In this document: one piece after another, positions 40,972 to 54,228 of the stretch
How the letters are laid out: each line of letters starts with the position of its first letter
How positions within the stretch are numbered: position 1 is the stretch's first letter
Source of the DNA: an uncultured delta proteobacterium
GTDB lineage: Bacteria > Myxococcota_A > Polyangia > Polyangiales > Polyangiaceae
DNA length: 64,000 bases
NCBI GenBank assembly: GCA_963806225.1
Contig: CAWDXG010000001.1
Location: forward strand, 448,001 to 512,000
Reading direction: 5' to 3'
Program-made: the position numbers and the translations under genes
Notes under the pieces: generated by a model
Databases searched by the model: none
Told to the model about the DNA's origin: nothing
The model's input: the letters and a program-made list of their open reading frames with translations, nothing else

Positions 40972-42332
40972 TCCGGCTGGCGAACGGACGGAGGGGGCGG
41001 CGGGACCACCAGGGTCTTGCGGTTGTCGTCGTCGTCGTCCTCCGCGAAGATTTCGCTGGTGATGTCCTCGGCGGCGAGCTCCTCCTTGGCGTTGCCGAGC
41101 TCCCGGCTGGTCGCGGCGAGCCGGTCTGCCAGCACGCCCGTGAACTGCCAGAGTAGCTTGACGGCAAGCTGGTGCTCCTTGCGCAGGATCTCGAAGAAGT
41201 CCTGGCGGCGCAGCACCATCAGCTCGCTGTTGCCGTCGCTGACGACACTGGCAGAACGCGGCTGGCTGCGGATCAGCGACATCTCGCCGAAGTGCTCGCC
41301 GGGGCTCAGCGTCGCCAGCTCGGCGTCGCCGCGCGTGACCTTGACCTTGCCGCTCAGCACGATGAAGAGCTCCTCGCCCTTGTCGCCTTCGGTGATGACC
41401 TTGTCCCCCGGCTTGAACGGCATCACGTCCGTGACCTGCAGAACGCGCAGGATCTCGCGGTCGTTGAGCGGCCGGAACAACGGCATGCGCGCCAGGATGT
41501 CGCGCTTGAGCTGCAGGCGTTTGGCGCGGGTCTCGTCGCGGGCGCTCACGTCGCCGACGGTGACCACCATCGCGGTGATGTTGTCCTTGCCGCCCTGCTC
41601 GTTGGCCGCGTCGATCAGCTTCTTGACGACGGAGTCGGCGTCGGGGTCGAGCAGGTAGCGGCCGAGGCCTTCCAGGTCGTCCTCGAAGTAGCCGCTCAGC
41701 CCGTCGGAACAGAGCAGGAAGCGGTCACCGGCAATGAGATCGAGCACCAGCGTGTCGGGCTCGGCGTGCTCGTAGACGCCCACCGCCCTGGTGATCGCGT
41801 TTTTCGGGGCCAGCTGCTCGATGCGCTCGCGCGAGAGCTTCTTGCGCTTGATGAGCTCGTTGTAGACGGTGTGGTCTTCGGTGACCTGCTCGAGCACGCC
41901 GTCGCGCAGCAGATAGATGCGGCTGTCGCCTACGTAGATGATGAACGCCTGGTTGCCGGCGATGAGCACGGTGACCAGCGTGGTGCCCATGCCGCGCTTC
42001 GCCGGATCCTTCTCCGCTTCGGCGTGGACCTTGCTCGATGCGCGGTTCACCGCGAACTCGAGCATGTTCAGAATGTCGCGCTTGCTGACCTTGGCGGCGC
42101 CGCTGCGCTTCGCCATGTAGTCTTCGACGAGTTCGTACTCCTTCTTGATCTCCTCGTGGAGCGTGCGCACGGCGACCGCGCTGGCCACCTCGCCGGCCGC
42201 GTGTCCGCCCATGCCGTCGCAGACGACGAACAGGGCGAGCTTCTTGTCGACCAGGAAGTTGTCTTCGTTGTGTTCGCGCTGTCGGCCGACGTCGGTCAGC
42301 GCCGCGAACTGCAGGACGTCGCTATCGCTCAT
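40968..42332 (-). CDS. PP2C/PPM-type Ser/Thr phosphatase fused to a C-terminal cyclic-nucleotide-binding domain
   Basis: PP2C motifs TDVGRQREHNED, VCDGMGGHAAGEVAS, GMGTT, VGDSRIY, LLCSDGL and GGKDNIT. cNMP motifs EGDKGEELFIVLSG and FGEMSLIRSQPRSASV. Confidence 0.93.
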   Translation of the reverse strand: MSDSDVLQFAALTDVGRQREHNEDNFLVDKKLALFVVCDGMGGHAAGEVASAVAVRTLHEEIKKEYELVEDYMAKRSGAAKVSKRDILNMLEFAVNRASSKVHAEAEKDPAKRGMGTTLVTVLIAGNQAFIIYVGDSRIYLLRDGVLEQVTEDHTVYNELIKRKKLSRERIEQLAPKNAITRAVGVYEHAEPDTLVLDLIAGDRFLLCSDGLSGYFEDDLEGLGRYLLDPDADSVVKKLIDAANEQGGKDNITAMVVTVGDVSARDETRAKRLQLKRDILARMPLFRPLNDREILRVLQVTDVMPFKPGDKVITEGDKGEELFIVLSGKVKVTRGDAELATLSPGEHFGEMSLIRSQPRSASVVSDGNSELMVLRRQDFFEILRKEHQLAVKLLWQFTGVLADRLAATSRELGNAKEELAAEDITSEIFAEDDDDDNRKTLVVPPPPPSVRQPE

Positions 42333-42407
42333 CGGGGCGCGAGAATAGCCGCATCGCGCTCGCAAGACTACCGCTCGCAGCGAGGCTGGGGGCGGCCGGG
42401 GGGCGGG

Positions 42408-43097
42408 TCAGCGCTCCAGCACGCCGAGATCCAGCAGCGATTCGGCGCCTCCGCGTGCGATCACGACGTGATCCAGCAGTGGGACGCCGACCACGTCAGC
42501 GGCGATCGCGACGGCACGGGTCATCTCCACGTCCTCCGGGCTGGGCGCGGGATCGCCGCTCGGGTGGTTGTGCACGAGCACGAAGGCGCTGGCCCCGTCC
42601 CGCACCGCCGGTCGGAGCACATCGCGCGGGGTGAGCGCGCAGCCGTGCAGGCCCCCCTGGGCAATCCGTTGCGCGGACTTGAGGCCGTTTCTGCCATCCA
42701 GCGCCAGCAGCCAGACCTCCTCGTGGTCGAGCCAGGCCAGCCGCGGTCGCGCCCAGGCCGCGACCGACTCGAAGCTCCCTATGACGGGCGCGGCAGCCGC
42801 CAGCAAGCCCAGGCTGGCGCGCCTTCCAAGCTCGAGCGCCGCGGCAACACGGGCCGCCTTTGCCGGACCAATTCCACGTTGAGCGGACACGGCATGCGGC
42901 CCCAGCCGGGCCATGGCTTCGAGCCCGCCGCAGCGTTCGAGCAGCAGCGCCGCGAGGGCGCGGGCAGAGCCGCCCTCGACGCCAGTGCCGAGCAGGATGG
43001 CGAGCAGGTCGATGTCGGCCAGTGTCTGGACACCGGAGAGCAAGGCGCGCTCGCGTAGATCGGGACGCACGCTGTCCCGGGCGAGAGTAGGGGTCAT
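42408..43097 (-). CDS. radC: RadC family JAB/MPN domain protein
   Basis: Motifs LLAILLGTG, GIGPAKA, HEEVWLL, VHNHPSGDPAPSPED and LLDHVVI. Confidence 0.93.
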   Translation of the reverse strand: MTPTLARDSVRPDLRERALLSGVQTLADIDLLAILLGTGVEGGSARALAALLLERCGGLEAMARLGPHAVSAQRGIGPAKAARVAAALELGRRASLGLLAAAAPVIGSFESVAAWARPRLAWLDHEEVWLLALDGRNGLKSAQRIAQGGLHGCALTPRDVLRPAVRDGASAFVLVHNHPSGDPAPSPEDVEMTRAVAIAADVVGVPLLDHVVIARGGAESLLDLGVLER

Positions 43098-43273
43098 GAC
43101 AGGCGCAGCAGCAGGAAGCGTGCCTGCGGCGAAACGCCCGAAACGCCGTGGATCGCACGCAGCAGCTGCCCCGATCGCCGCCAGGCGCCGCGCCCGGTTT
43201 GCGCAGCATCCGCCGCTACTATCGCGGTCCCGGTGCGGTTGGCGGACCCCGCCACCCCGCCGCCACACGGCGC

Positions 43274-44017
43274 CTACTCGACGCGCTGCGGCTCGCCCTC
43301 GGGCAGGAGCTGCAGGAAGCGCGCCGTCGCGGCCTCGACCGCCGCCTGGCTGCGTCCGTCGAAGGTCACCTTCGTCTTGTAGCTGGCATCGAACCACTTC
43401 GGGTACGAGCCGACCTCTACCTCGGGATGCTCCGCGACAACCTGGTCGAGCAGCGGCTTGAGATCGCCCTCGTCCATCTTGGTGAACACCGCGCGCGAGA
43501 CGAAGCTCTCCGCGCCGCGCACCCACTCGCGCACGACGGCCAGCTTCATGCGGAAGATCTCCGGAACGCCAGGCAGCACCCAGACGTTCCGCATCACCAC
43601 GGTGGGCCAGAGGATGTCGGGAGTGGTGGCGAGCTCGGCGCCGTCGGGTACCAGCGCCATGCGCAGATGTCCCTCGGTCGTGCGCTCGCCGTAGGCGCTT
43701 CTGAGGAGCGCCTCCATGGTCGAGTCGATGTGCGTGCCGACGCCGAAGGCCTCGGCCACGGCGTCCAGGGTCACGTCGTCGTGGGTCGGTCCGACGCCTC
43801 CGCTCGTGAACACCACGTCGTGTTCGTCGCTCAGTGCCCGCACCTCGCCGGCGATCACGTCGATCTCATCTGGCACCATCACCACGCGTCTGAGCGACAC
43901 GCCCAGCGAGCGCAGTGTGCGCGCCAGCTCCACCAGATTGGCCTCGTGGATCTTGCCGCTCAAGAGCTCGTTGCCGATGAGTACGACGGCGGCGGTGTTG
44001 GCGAGCGATGACTTCAT
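43274..44017 (-). CDS. CinA N-terminal-like / molybdopterin-binding domain protein
   Basis: Motifs LIGNELLSGKI..N, TSGGVGPTHDDVT and LPGVPE. Coupled to xseB (TGATG). Confidence 0.88.
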   Translation of the reverse strand: MKSSLANTAAVVLIGNELLSGKIHEANLVELARTLRSLGVSLRRVVMVPDEIDVIAGEVRALSDEHDVVFTSGGVGPTHDDVTLDAVAEAFGVGTHIDSTMEALLRSAYGERTTEGHLRMALVPDGAELATTPDILWPTVVMRNVWVLPGVPEIFRMKLAVVREWVRGAESFVSRAVFTKMDEGDLKPLLDQVVAEHPEVEVGSYPKWFDASYKTKVTFDGRSQAAVEAATARFLQLLPEGEPQRVE

Positions 44018-44307
44018 CAATCCGGTTCAAGCTCCCGGACCACGGGGTTGCCGTCCTCGTCGACGGTGAGCAGCTGCTCGATGCGTTTCTCGGCGCGTTC
44101 CAGCCGCGCCTGCGAAGCCCGCGCCAGCTGCACGCCTTCCTCGAACAGCTTGAGCGATTCCTCCAATGGGAGCTCGCCGCCCTCCAGCCGCTCGACGATC
44201 TCGCCCAGGCGCCGTACCGAGTCCTCGAACGAGCTTTCGGCCTCTTCGGCCGGTTTGCCCGGCGCTGCTTTCGTGTCCGACGACGGCCGGGACTTCGTCC
44301 TTGCCAC
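44017..44307 (-). CDS. xseB: Exodeoxyribonuclease VII small subunit
   Basis: SFEDSVRRLGEIVERLEGGELPLEESLKLFEEGVQLAR...LERAEKRIEQL. Confidence 0.95.
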   Translation of the reverse strand: MARTKSRPSSDTKAAPGKPAEEAESSFEDSVRRLGEIVERLEGGELPLEESLKLFEEGVQLARASQARLERAEKRIEQLLTVDEDGNPVVRELEPD

Positions 44308-44337
44308 TTCGATGCCTCCCGCGCCCGGGCAGGGCGC

Positions 44338-46433
44338 CTAGTGGGCGTCAGCCTTGTCGCGGAGAGCCGGCGCTGCAACCCGCAGCTCGATGGGGCCCGC
44401 CGGCAGGCCCGACGCGACCAGCAGGCCGTCGGGATCCGGGACGGCGGGCAGCGCCAGCCCGCTGGCCGTCACCAGCTCCACCGTCGCGGCGCGGACGGCG
44501 CGCTGTTGTTGCGGCTCGCTGGGCGCGAGCGCCAGCCACAGCACGGCCGACCCCGGCGCCAGCCCGTACAGCCTCCGGCCCGCGAGCGCCCTCTTCGCCG
44601 CCCCCCGCACCCGGGCGCTGCCATCGAGCCGGGCGGCGAGCCCGAGCGTGGGCCCGGTGTGCGCGAGGCGGCTCAGCGCGATCACGATCGCGTGGCGCAC
44701 CTGGGCGCTCGGCTCGAAGCGGTAGGCCCTGGACAGCAGGCCGACCGCGCTGGGGCGCTGGCTGTCGCCCAGACCGAGGGCGGCGTGCACGCGGATCAAA
44801 GCGTTGCCGCTCTCTAGCAGGGCCGTGATGCGGGAGCGAAGCGCCTCGCTGTCGCGCGCCGCCAGTGCGCGCACGGCGAGAGGCGCGGCGGCGCTTCCCG
44901 AATCGATCAGCTCGACCAGCACGCGGGTCGGGACGTGGAATTCCGCGCCGGGGTCGGCGAGCGAGGCTGCCAGCGCGACCCGCGTCGCCGGATCCTTCTC
45001 GCGGGCCAGTCGTGTGGCGGCCACGGAGGCGACCTCCGGCTTCCATGCGGCGGCGCGCGCCGCCGCGCGCACGACCACCGGGTCGTTCGAGCCGAGTAGT
45101 CGTTCCGCGGCGGAAGCATCCAGCGCCGCGAGACCCCAGGCTCCAGCCGCGCGGTCGGCGGGCGACTTCGAAGCGAGCAGCGCGTCGAGCGCGCGGGTAT
45201 CGCCCGGAACGTCTTCGCCCAGGGCGATGCGGCGGACTACGGCCGCTCGTGCCGCCAGGCGGCGGGTGCTCGCCGAACCGAGCGCGGCCGCGAGGCGATC
45301 GCGGGCGCCGTCGCCGGCACAGCGCGCCAGCGCGTAGGCGGCCAGCGACGCGTGCTGTGGCTTGCCGAGCTCCCCGGCAAGCAGGGCCGCGGCGCGGGGG
45401 CCGCCTGTGCGCGAGATGGCGCCGAGAACTGCGGTGAGCTCCCCCGCGTCGGCGTCCGCGAGTCGCTTGGCGAGCGCTGGAAGCAGAGCGCGATCCGGTG
45501 CGACGAGCGCGAGCGCCAGCGCCTGCCGGCGCGTCGTCGCGTCGTCGAGCAACTGCGCGACAGCCGGCGCAGCGCCGGACGCGTGCGTCGTGGCCAGGAT
45601 GCGCGCCCCGGCCAGCCGCAGCACCGGGAGCTTCTCCTTGTCGAGCCAGAAGCGCGCCAGCGGCACGGTCTCCAGATCGCCCAGGCGGGTGAGAGCCATC
45701 GCGGCCGCCGCGCGCACGTCCGGCGCGCCATGTCGAACGACGGAACGCAGGCTGTCGAAGCCACGCTGGTCGGCGAGCCCTGCCAGGAGCCGTACGAACG
45801 CGAGCGTCGGCACGCCTCGCGCGCTCACGATGGGCGAAAGATCCACGGGAGGGTGCGCCGCGATGCCCGCGGCGGCGGCGTCTGCCACGGGGCCGCCCTG
45901 GCGCAGGGCGTTGCCCAGTGCGGCTAGAGCTGCGGCGTCTCCGGACGCGGCCAACGCCGACGCCGAGCTCTCGCGCACCCAGTCCTCGAGCTGGTCCGCC
46001 GCGTCGTGCTGCTTGGAAACGCCGACGCCGGTCATCATGCGCACCAGCGCCTGCCGCACGTCCGGTACGCCGGCGTGCGGCGCCAGCGCGCGTACGGCGA
46101 CCAGCCGGTCGCGCGTGCTCCGGACCACTCCGCCGGGCTCCAGCGCCTTGACCAGCAGCTCCAGCGCGCGCGGGCTGCCCACGCTGCCGAGGCGCTCCAG
46201 TCCCTGCTGGCGCTCGTCGGCCTGCGCCGAGGCGAGCAGATGCTGCGCCGCCTGTACGCCGATGCGGCTCTTGAGGGACGCGCGCTTGCTGTGAGGTGCC
46301 TTCGAGCGCGGCCGGTGCTGGTAGACGTGCGACGGCAGCCGCGGGCGCGGCGGGTGCCGGACCTGCGCCGCGGCGCTGCTCGCCGAAAGCGGCAGCTCCA
46401 GCGCGACCCAGAGCGCGAACCACGCCCGGGGCT

Positions 46434-46437
<4 letters not shown>
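44338..46437 (-). CDS. Exported HEAT-repeat protein
   Basis: The GTG at 46437 overlaps the upstream stop (GTGA). Signal peptide ...AAAQ and many HEAT-like repeats (DVRAAAAMALTRLGD, VVVRAAARA, IRVHAALGLG). Confidence 0.75.
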
Positions 46438-48497
<2,060 letters not shown>

Positions 48498-48639
48498 GGC
48501 CCGAGAGCCTAGTGGTTGTCGGAGCGAATTACCCGCAAAAAAGAACCGCCCTCTGGCGCGGGTTTCTTGCATGGTGGGCTCGTTCCGCGCATCGTGCTTG
48601 CGCGCCCTCGCATCCTGCCGTACGGCCCGTCCCCCGATC

Positions 48640-49907
<1,268 letters not shown>

Positions 49908-49911
<4 letters not shown>

Positions 49912-50555
49912 CTCTGCCGGCCGCGCCTTCCGGCGGCGACGCGCTGACGGTCGCTGTGCCCAAGGGCCGCGTGCTCAAGGTGCTGGTGCCGCTGTTCGAA
50001 CGCGCCGGCATCGATGCCTCGTGCCTGCTCGGCGACGATCGCCGGCTGATCCGTGAGACCTCCGACGGCCGGTTGCGCTTCCTCCTGCTCAAGCCCGACG
50101 ACGTGCCGACCTACGTCGAGTACGGCGCCGCCGATCTGGGCGTGAGCGGACGCGACGTGCTGCTCGAGCGGCGCTACGATCTCTACCAGCCGCTCGATCT
50201 CGGCATCGGCAAATGCCGCATGGTCGTTGCCGGCCCGCGCGGCGCGCACGTGCCCGCCGTGCCGCGCGTCGCGACCAAGTATCCGCGCATCGCCCTCGAA
50301 CACTTCGCCGAGCAGGGCGTGCAGGCCGAGGTCATCTACGTGCAGGGCTCGGTGGAGCTCGCGCCGCTCGTGGGGCTCTCGCACCTGATCGTGGACCTGG
50401 TGGAAACCGGCGCGACTCTGGTCGAGAACAACCTGGAAGAGCGCGAGGTGATCGTCGACATCTCCAGCGTGCTGGTAGCCAACCGCGCCCAGTACAAGCT
50501 CCGCCACGACGACGTGCGGCCTCTGGTCGAAGCGCTGAAGAAGGCGCTCGCGTAG
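49908..50555 (+). CDS. hisG: ATP phosphoribosyltransferase, short form
   Basis: Motifs [35 protein letters not shown] and [22 protein letters not shown] overlap with murA. Confidence 0.95.
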
Positions 50556-50903
50556 GCAGGGGTGCTCCCCAACGCGGTGCGGAGCTTCCGCGCCCGGCCG
50601 TGCTCGCTTCGCTGCGCGCGCCCGGGGTCCCTCGAGCGCATGCTCGGCCGGCTGTCACTCCGCGCGCACCACGGCTAGCCGGCCTGCGCGTGCGCGAGAG
50701 GTCCCCACGCCAGAGGACGCGTAGCGCCGGAGTCGGCCTGGCCCCGTCTCGCATGGATCGCAGCGCGGTTGCCCCGCTGCTGGCGGCAACCAGAAACAAC
50801 GTCGTGGCACGGAATGGCACAAGGCAGTCGCTTCCGCGCGGAAACGCCGCTGCGATCACAGCGCTGGCGGCATCGAAGGCAGAGCGGCGCTAGGTTTCCG
50901 GGC

Positions 50904-51761
50904 ATGCGGGGATTGGGGTTCGCTGGCGTGGTCCTGGTACTGGCGGGTTGTGTGCAGACCCGGGCGGACCCGGCGCGGGACGCCGCCAGCGGCTGCGGCG
51001 ATGCAGGCTCCCCGCTCGTTCCGCGCGACCTCGATGCCGGCGCAAAGGACGTCCACGTCGGAGATGCGGCTCCGTCCGGGACGAGCGATGCCACGCCGGA
51101 TCCCAACAACTGGTCATGCAACGTCGACGAACACTGCGCGGTCTTTCCGGCGCTGCCCTATTGCGACGGGCACCAATGCTCTGCGGCCGAGAAGACCGTT
51201 CACTGCACGGCCGGTGCCGAGAACCAGCAGGAGAGCCCCGAGGTCCAGCACACCTACATCGGGCAGAACGGCACCTTCACCGACCGCTGCGACGGCAGCG
51301 GCAACCTCGTCGACTACGGCTGCGAGTTCAAGACCAAGTGCGGCCCCGGTCCGAACCCAGCTTGCGGAAACATCGACACAGGCCGCGTGACGAGTACTAC
51401 GCGCGATTGTGCCGGCATGTGCGTGAACGGCCGCTGCGATGGTCGTTGTCCGCAACAGGGCGATCACATCACGTATCGCGACACACACCCGGACGGCAGC
51501 GCCCTCATTCGCAACGACAGTGATGGCCGGAGCTACGACTGCACGCTGGACTACGACTCACCAGCCGACAAGTTCGATTGCAAGGCGGTCGCCGTCGGCC
51601 AGACGGGGACCGTCCTGGGCCGCAGCGTCAGGGATATGCAGTGCACGGGCCGGGACTTCGGCGGGTTCAGCGTCGTTCTGCCAGGCGTGCCCACCACCAA
51701 CAGTGGCGAGAACTGCGGATACGACTGCGGCATCCACCCCGAGCCGCCCTGCTCGCCGTAG
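50904..51761 (+). CDS. Cysteine-rich hypothetical lipoprotein
   Basis: VLVLAGC lipobox and 21 Cys counted in 285 aa. Confidence 0.75.
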   Translation: MRGLGFAGVVLVLAGCVQTRADPARDAASGCGDAGSPLVPRDLDAGAKDVHVGDAAPSGTSDATPDPNNWSCNVDEHCAVFPALPYCDGHQCSAAEKTVHCTAGAENQQESPEVQHTYIGQNGTFTDRCDGSGNLVDYGCEFKTKCGPGPNPACGNIDTGRVTSTTRDCAGMCVNGRCDGRCPQQGDHITYRDTHPDGSALIRNDSDGRSYDCTLDYDSPADKFDCKAVAVGQTGTVLGRSVRDMQCTGRDFGGFSVVLPGVPTTNSGENCGYDCGIHPEPPCSP

Positions 51762-51821
51762 GTCACGTCAAGCGTGGTGTGAAGGGAGCGCGCGCTCGAG
51801 AGGGGGCACGCATCGGCGCCG

Positions 51822-52736
51822 TCATTCAGCCGGAGCCGTCCTTCTCGCAAGGATCGGCAGCAGCACGCCGCCCAGGATCAGCCCGGCGCCGGCGAGCTCG
51901 CGGGGGAGCGGCGTGGTCCCGCGCACGAGCAGGTCCAGGCCGAAGGCGAGGACCGGGGTCAAGAGCGTGAGCAGCTTGGTGCGCGAGGCGTTGATGTGCC
52001 GGACGGCGTACATCACGAAGAGGCGGCTGATGAAGGGGCCGCAGGCGGCGGCGAGCGCGGTCATCAGCCAGGCGCGCTCGGGTACGCGGGTCAGCGCGCC
52101 GGTCGGGACGAGGTAGGCGGCCATGATGGCCACGGCCAGCGCAAGCCTGGCCACGTTGACGCCGACCGGGTCGATGTGCGCGATGACCTTGCGGGTGTAG
52201 AGCAACATCGCGCCGAAGCTGACCGAGCCGAGCAGCGCGAACGCGACGCCAGTCGGATCGACGGCGGCCGCGGTGGGGTCGTGGAGGCCCAGCACCGCGA
52301 AGCCGGCGACCGCGAAACAGGCGCCGACCAGGAAGCGCGCCGTGATCCGCTCGCCGAGGAACAGCCAGCCACCGAGCCCGACCACGAACACCTGCGTCTG
52401 CAGCAGCGTGCTGGTCAAACCGGGGTCGAGGTGGCCGAGCGCGCCGGCAACGCCGACGTTGCCGAGGATCGTCAGCACGGCGAAGATTACGATGGAGACC
52501 ACGGTGACGCGTGACGGGCGGCGTGGCCGCCTGCGCACCCGTGCGAGCGCGTAGCCGCCGTTGAAGACGGTCGCGCAGCCGAGCATCGCGAACACCGCCG
52601 CATCCCGCGGCGCCACGGCGTTGGCCGAGCGGAACGCGAGCAGGTACACCGCCGCGAAGAAGGCGGAGGAAACGGCGAGCGCGTCACCCGTCCGCCGCTC
52701 GGTCTTCGGGGGATGGATGGGTTCGGCGTGGGTCAC
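51822..52736 (-). CDS. DMT/EamA family transporter
   Basis: About 10 TM helices in two repeats, with FLGERI and ELAGAGLILGGV. Start uncertain. Confidence 0.85.
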   Translation of the reverse strand: MTHAEPIHPPKTERRTGDALAVSSAFFAAVYLLAFRSANAVAPRDAAVFAMLGCATVFNGGYALARVRRRPRRPSRVTVVSIVIFAVLTILGNVGVAGALGHLDPGLTSTLLQTQVFVVGLGGWLFLGERITARFLVGACFAVAGFAVLGLHDPTAAAVDPTGVAFALLGSVSFGAMLLYTRKVIAHIDPVGVNVARLALAVAIMAAYLVPTGALTRVPERAWLMTALAAACGPFISRLFVMYAVRHINASRTKLLTLLTPVLAFGLDLLVRGTTPLPRELAGAGLILGGVLLPILARRTAPAE

Positions 52737-52913
52737 GGCGTCACTCGTCCCCCTGACGGGGAGGGAGCGTGTAGCACGCCGCGACGCCCGGGCCGTCCTT
52801 CTCCTGTCGTGCGAGGGCGCTGCGCCGGGCGCGTCGCTCGATTGCCATCGGAAACGGATACGAACAGCCGACGGGCATTGACACCCCGGGTCCGGATAGG
52901 GTCCGATCCAGGG

Positions 52914-54224
52914 GTGACGCGGGTGGGGACAGCGACCGTCGCAGTCGTGCTCGCGGCGGGCATGGCGCAGTGTTGCTCGTCCGGGCGGCGCGGAACCCTG
53001 CCCGCGCCAGCCGGTTCCGATGCGTCGGTCGACGCGCCGCCCGATCACATCGCACAGGAGGCCGGGCCCGCCGATGCGCCGGCCGAGCCCACTCCCGCGA
53101 AACCCGGCGATGCCTGGTGGCAGGCCGGCCACGACGCGAGCCAGTCCAGCCGTAGCACTGCCACGGTGGCCAATCCTCCGGCGCTACTCTGGAAGGTCAA
53201 GCTGGACGGGCCGACCGATTACGCGGCGCCCGTGATCGACGACCAGAACCGCATCTACGTCTCGGACTCGACCAAGCTGTATGCGTTGGACGCGGCGGGC
53301 AAGACCCGCTGGACCTGGACCAGCGCGTCCGACAGCGGCTTCTTCGGCATTGCAGGTGTTGCCATCCACCACGACGGTACGGTTGTCGTGGCGGAGCACG
53401 GCGGCGCGCTGCGAGGCCTGTCGCCCGATGGCCAGGAGCTGTACGACGATCCACTCCTGGCCCAGGGCTTCGGCAGTCTGGAGGTGAGCAGCCCCGTTAT
53501 CGGCAAGAGCGGGAACGTCTACGTCACGGCCCAGGAATTCTACGGTGGCGCGATGCTGTTCGCGTTCGACAAGGACGGCCAGCCGCTGTACCGGGTCACG
53601 CTGTCGCTCGCGCTGTCGCCGAGCGGTGTCGCCGAGGGGCCGGACGGCAGTCTGTACGTTGCGCTGCTCGACAGCGGCGATCCGACGCTCTCGCGCCTGG
53701 TCAAGCTCCGTCCTGACGGCACTCCTGTGTGGAAACGCCCCATCGGCCTTTCCGCAGTGACGCCAGCCGTGGCTCCCGACGGCTCGATCTGGCTGGGTCG
53801 CTGGGACAAGGGCACGAATCTCCAACGCTTCCTTCCCTCCGGTTCGGAGGTCTTCGGCACGTCGGTCGGCTTCGTCACGAAGGCTCCGGCCATCGATGCG
53901 CAGGGGAACGCCTACGTGGGGCAGCCGCAGGGGCTTGTCTCGGTTGCTCCGGACGGCCAGCAGCGTTGGATGGTTGAAAGCGGCCCGGGCCCTGGCGCGT
54001 ACATGGAGATATGGACCCGGTCTGCCATCTCGGGGGACGGCGTGGTGGTCGTTTCGGACGACAGCGGCGCTCTCAGCGGCGTGAAGAACGACATCGTGCT
54101 GTGGAGCGTACAGCGCGACAACCTCGATACCGGCACGGCGCTCTACGACTCGGTGGCGATCGGCCCTGACGGCACGATCTACGCGGGCTCGCTTGGCGCC
54201 GACGAGCTGTTCGCATACCGCTGA
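52914..54224 (+). CDS. Exported PQQ/BamB-like beta-propeller protein
   Basis: Repeats APVIDDQNRIYV..LYALD..GKTRW, SSPVIGKSGNVYV, PAVAPDGSIW and AIGPDGTIYAGS. Hydrophobic N-terminus with Cys. Confidence 0.8.
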   Translation: MTRVGTATVAVVLAAGMAQCCSSGRRGTLPAPAGSDASVDAPPDHIAQEAGPADAPAEPTPAKPGDAWWQAGHDASQSSRSTATVANPPALLWKVKLDGPTDYAAPVIDDQNRIYVSDSTKLYALDAAGKTRWTWTSASDSGFFGIAGVAIHHDGTVVVAEHGGALRGLSPDGQELYDDPLLAQGFGSLEVSSPVIGKSGNVYVTAQEFYGGAMLFAFDKDGQPLYRVTLSLALSPSGVAEGPDGSLYVALLDSGDPTLSRLVKLRPDGTPVWKRPIGLSAVTPAVAPDGSIWLGRWDKGTNLQRFLPSGSEVFGTSVGFVTKAPAIDAQGNAYVGQPQGLVSVAPDGQQRWMVESGPGPGAYMEIWTRSAISGDGVVVVSDDSGALSGVKNDIVLWSVQRDNLDTGTALYDSVAIGPDGTIYAGSLGADELFAYR

Positions 54225-54228
54225 CGGA

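Noticed and set aside
50805..50820. TGGCACGGAATGGCAC as a sigma54 promoter
   Set aside because: GG-to-GC spacing is 9, not 10, and there is no TTGC-like -12 element.
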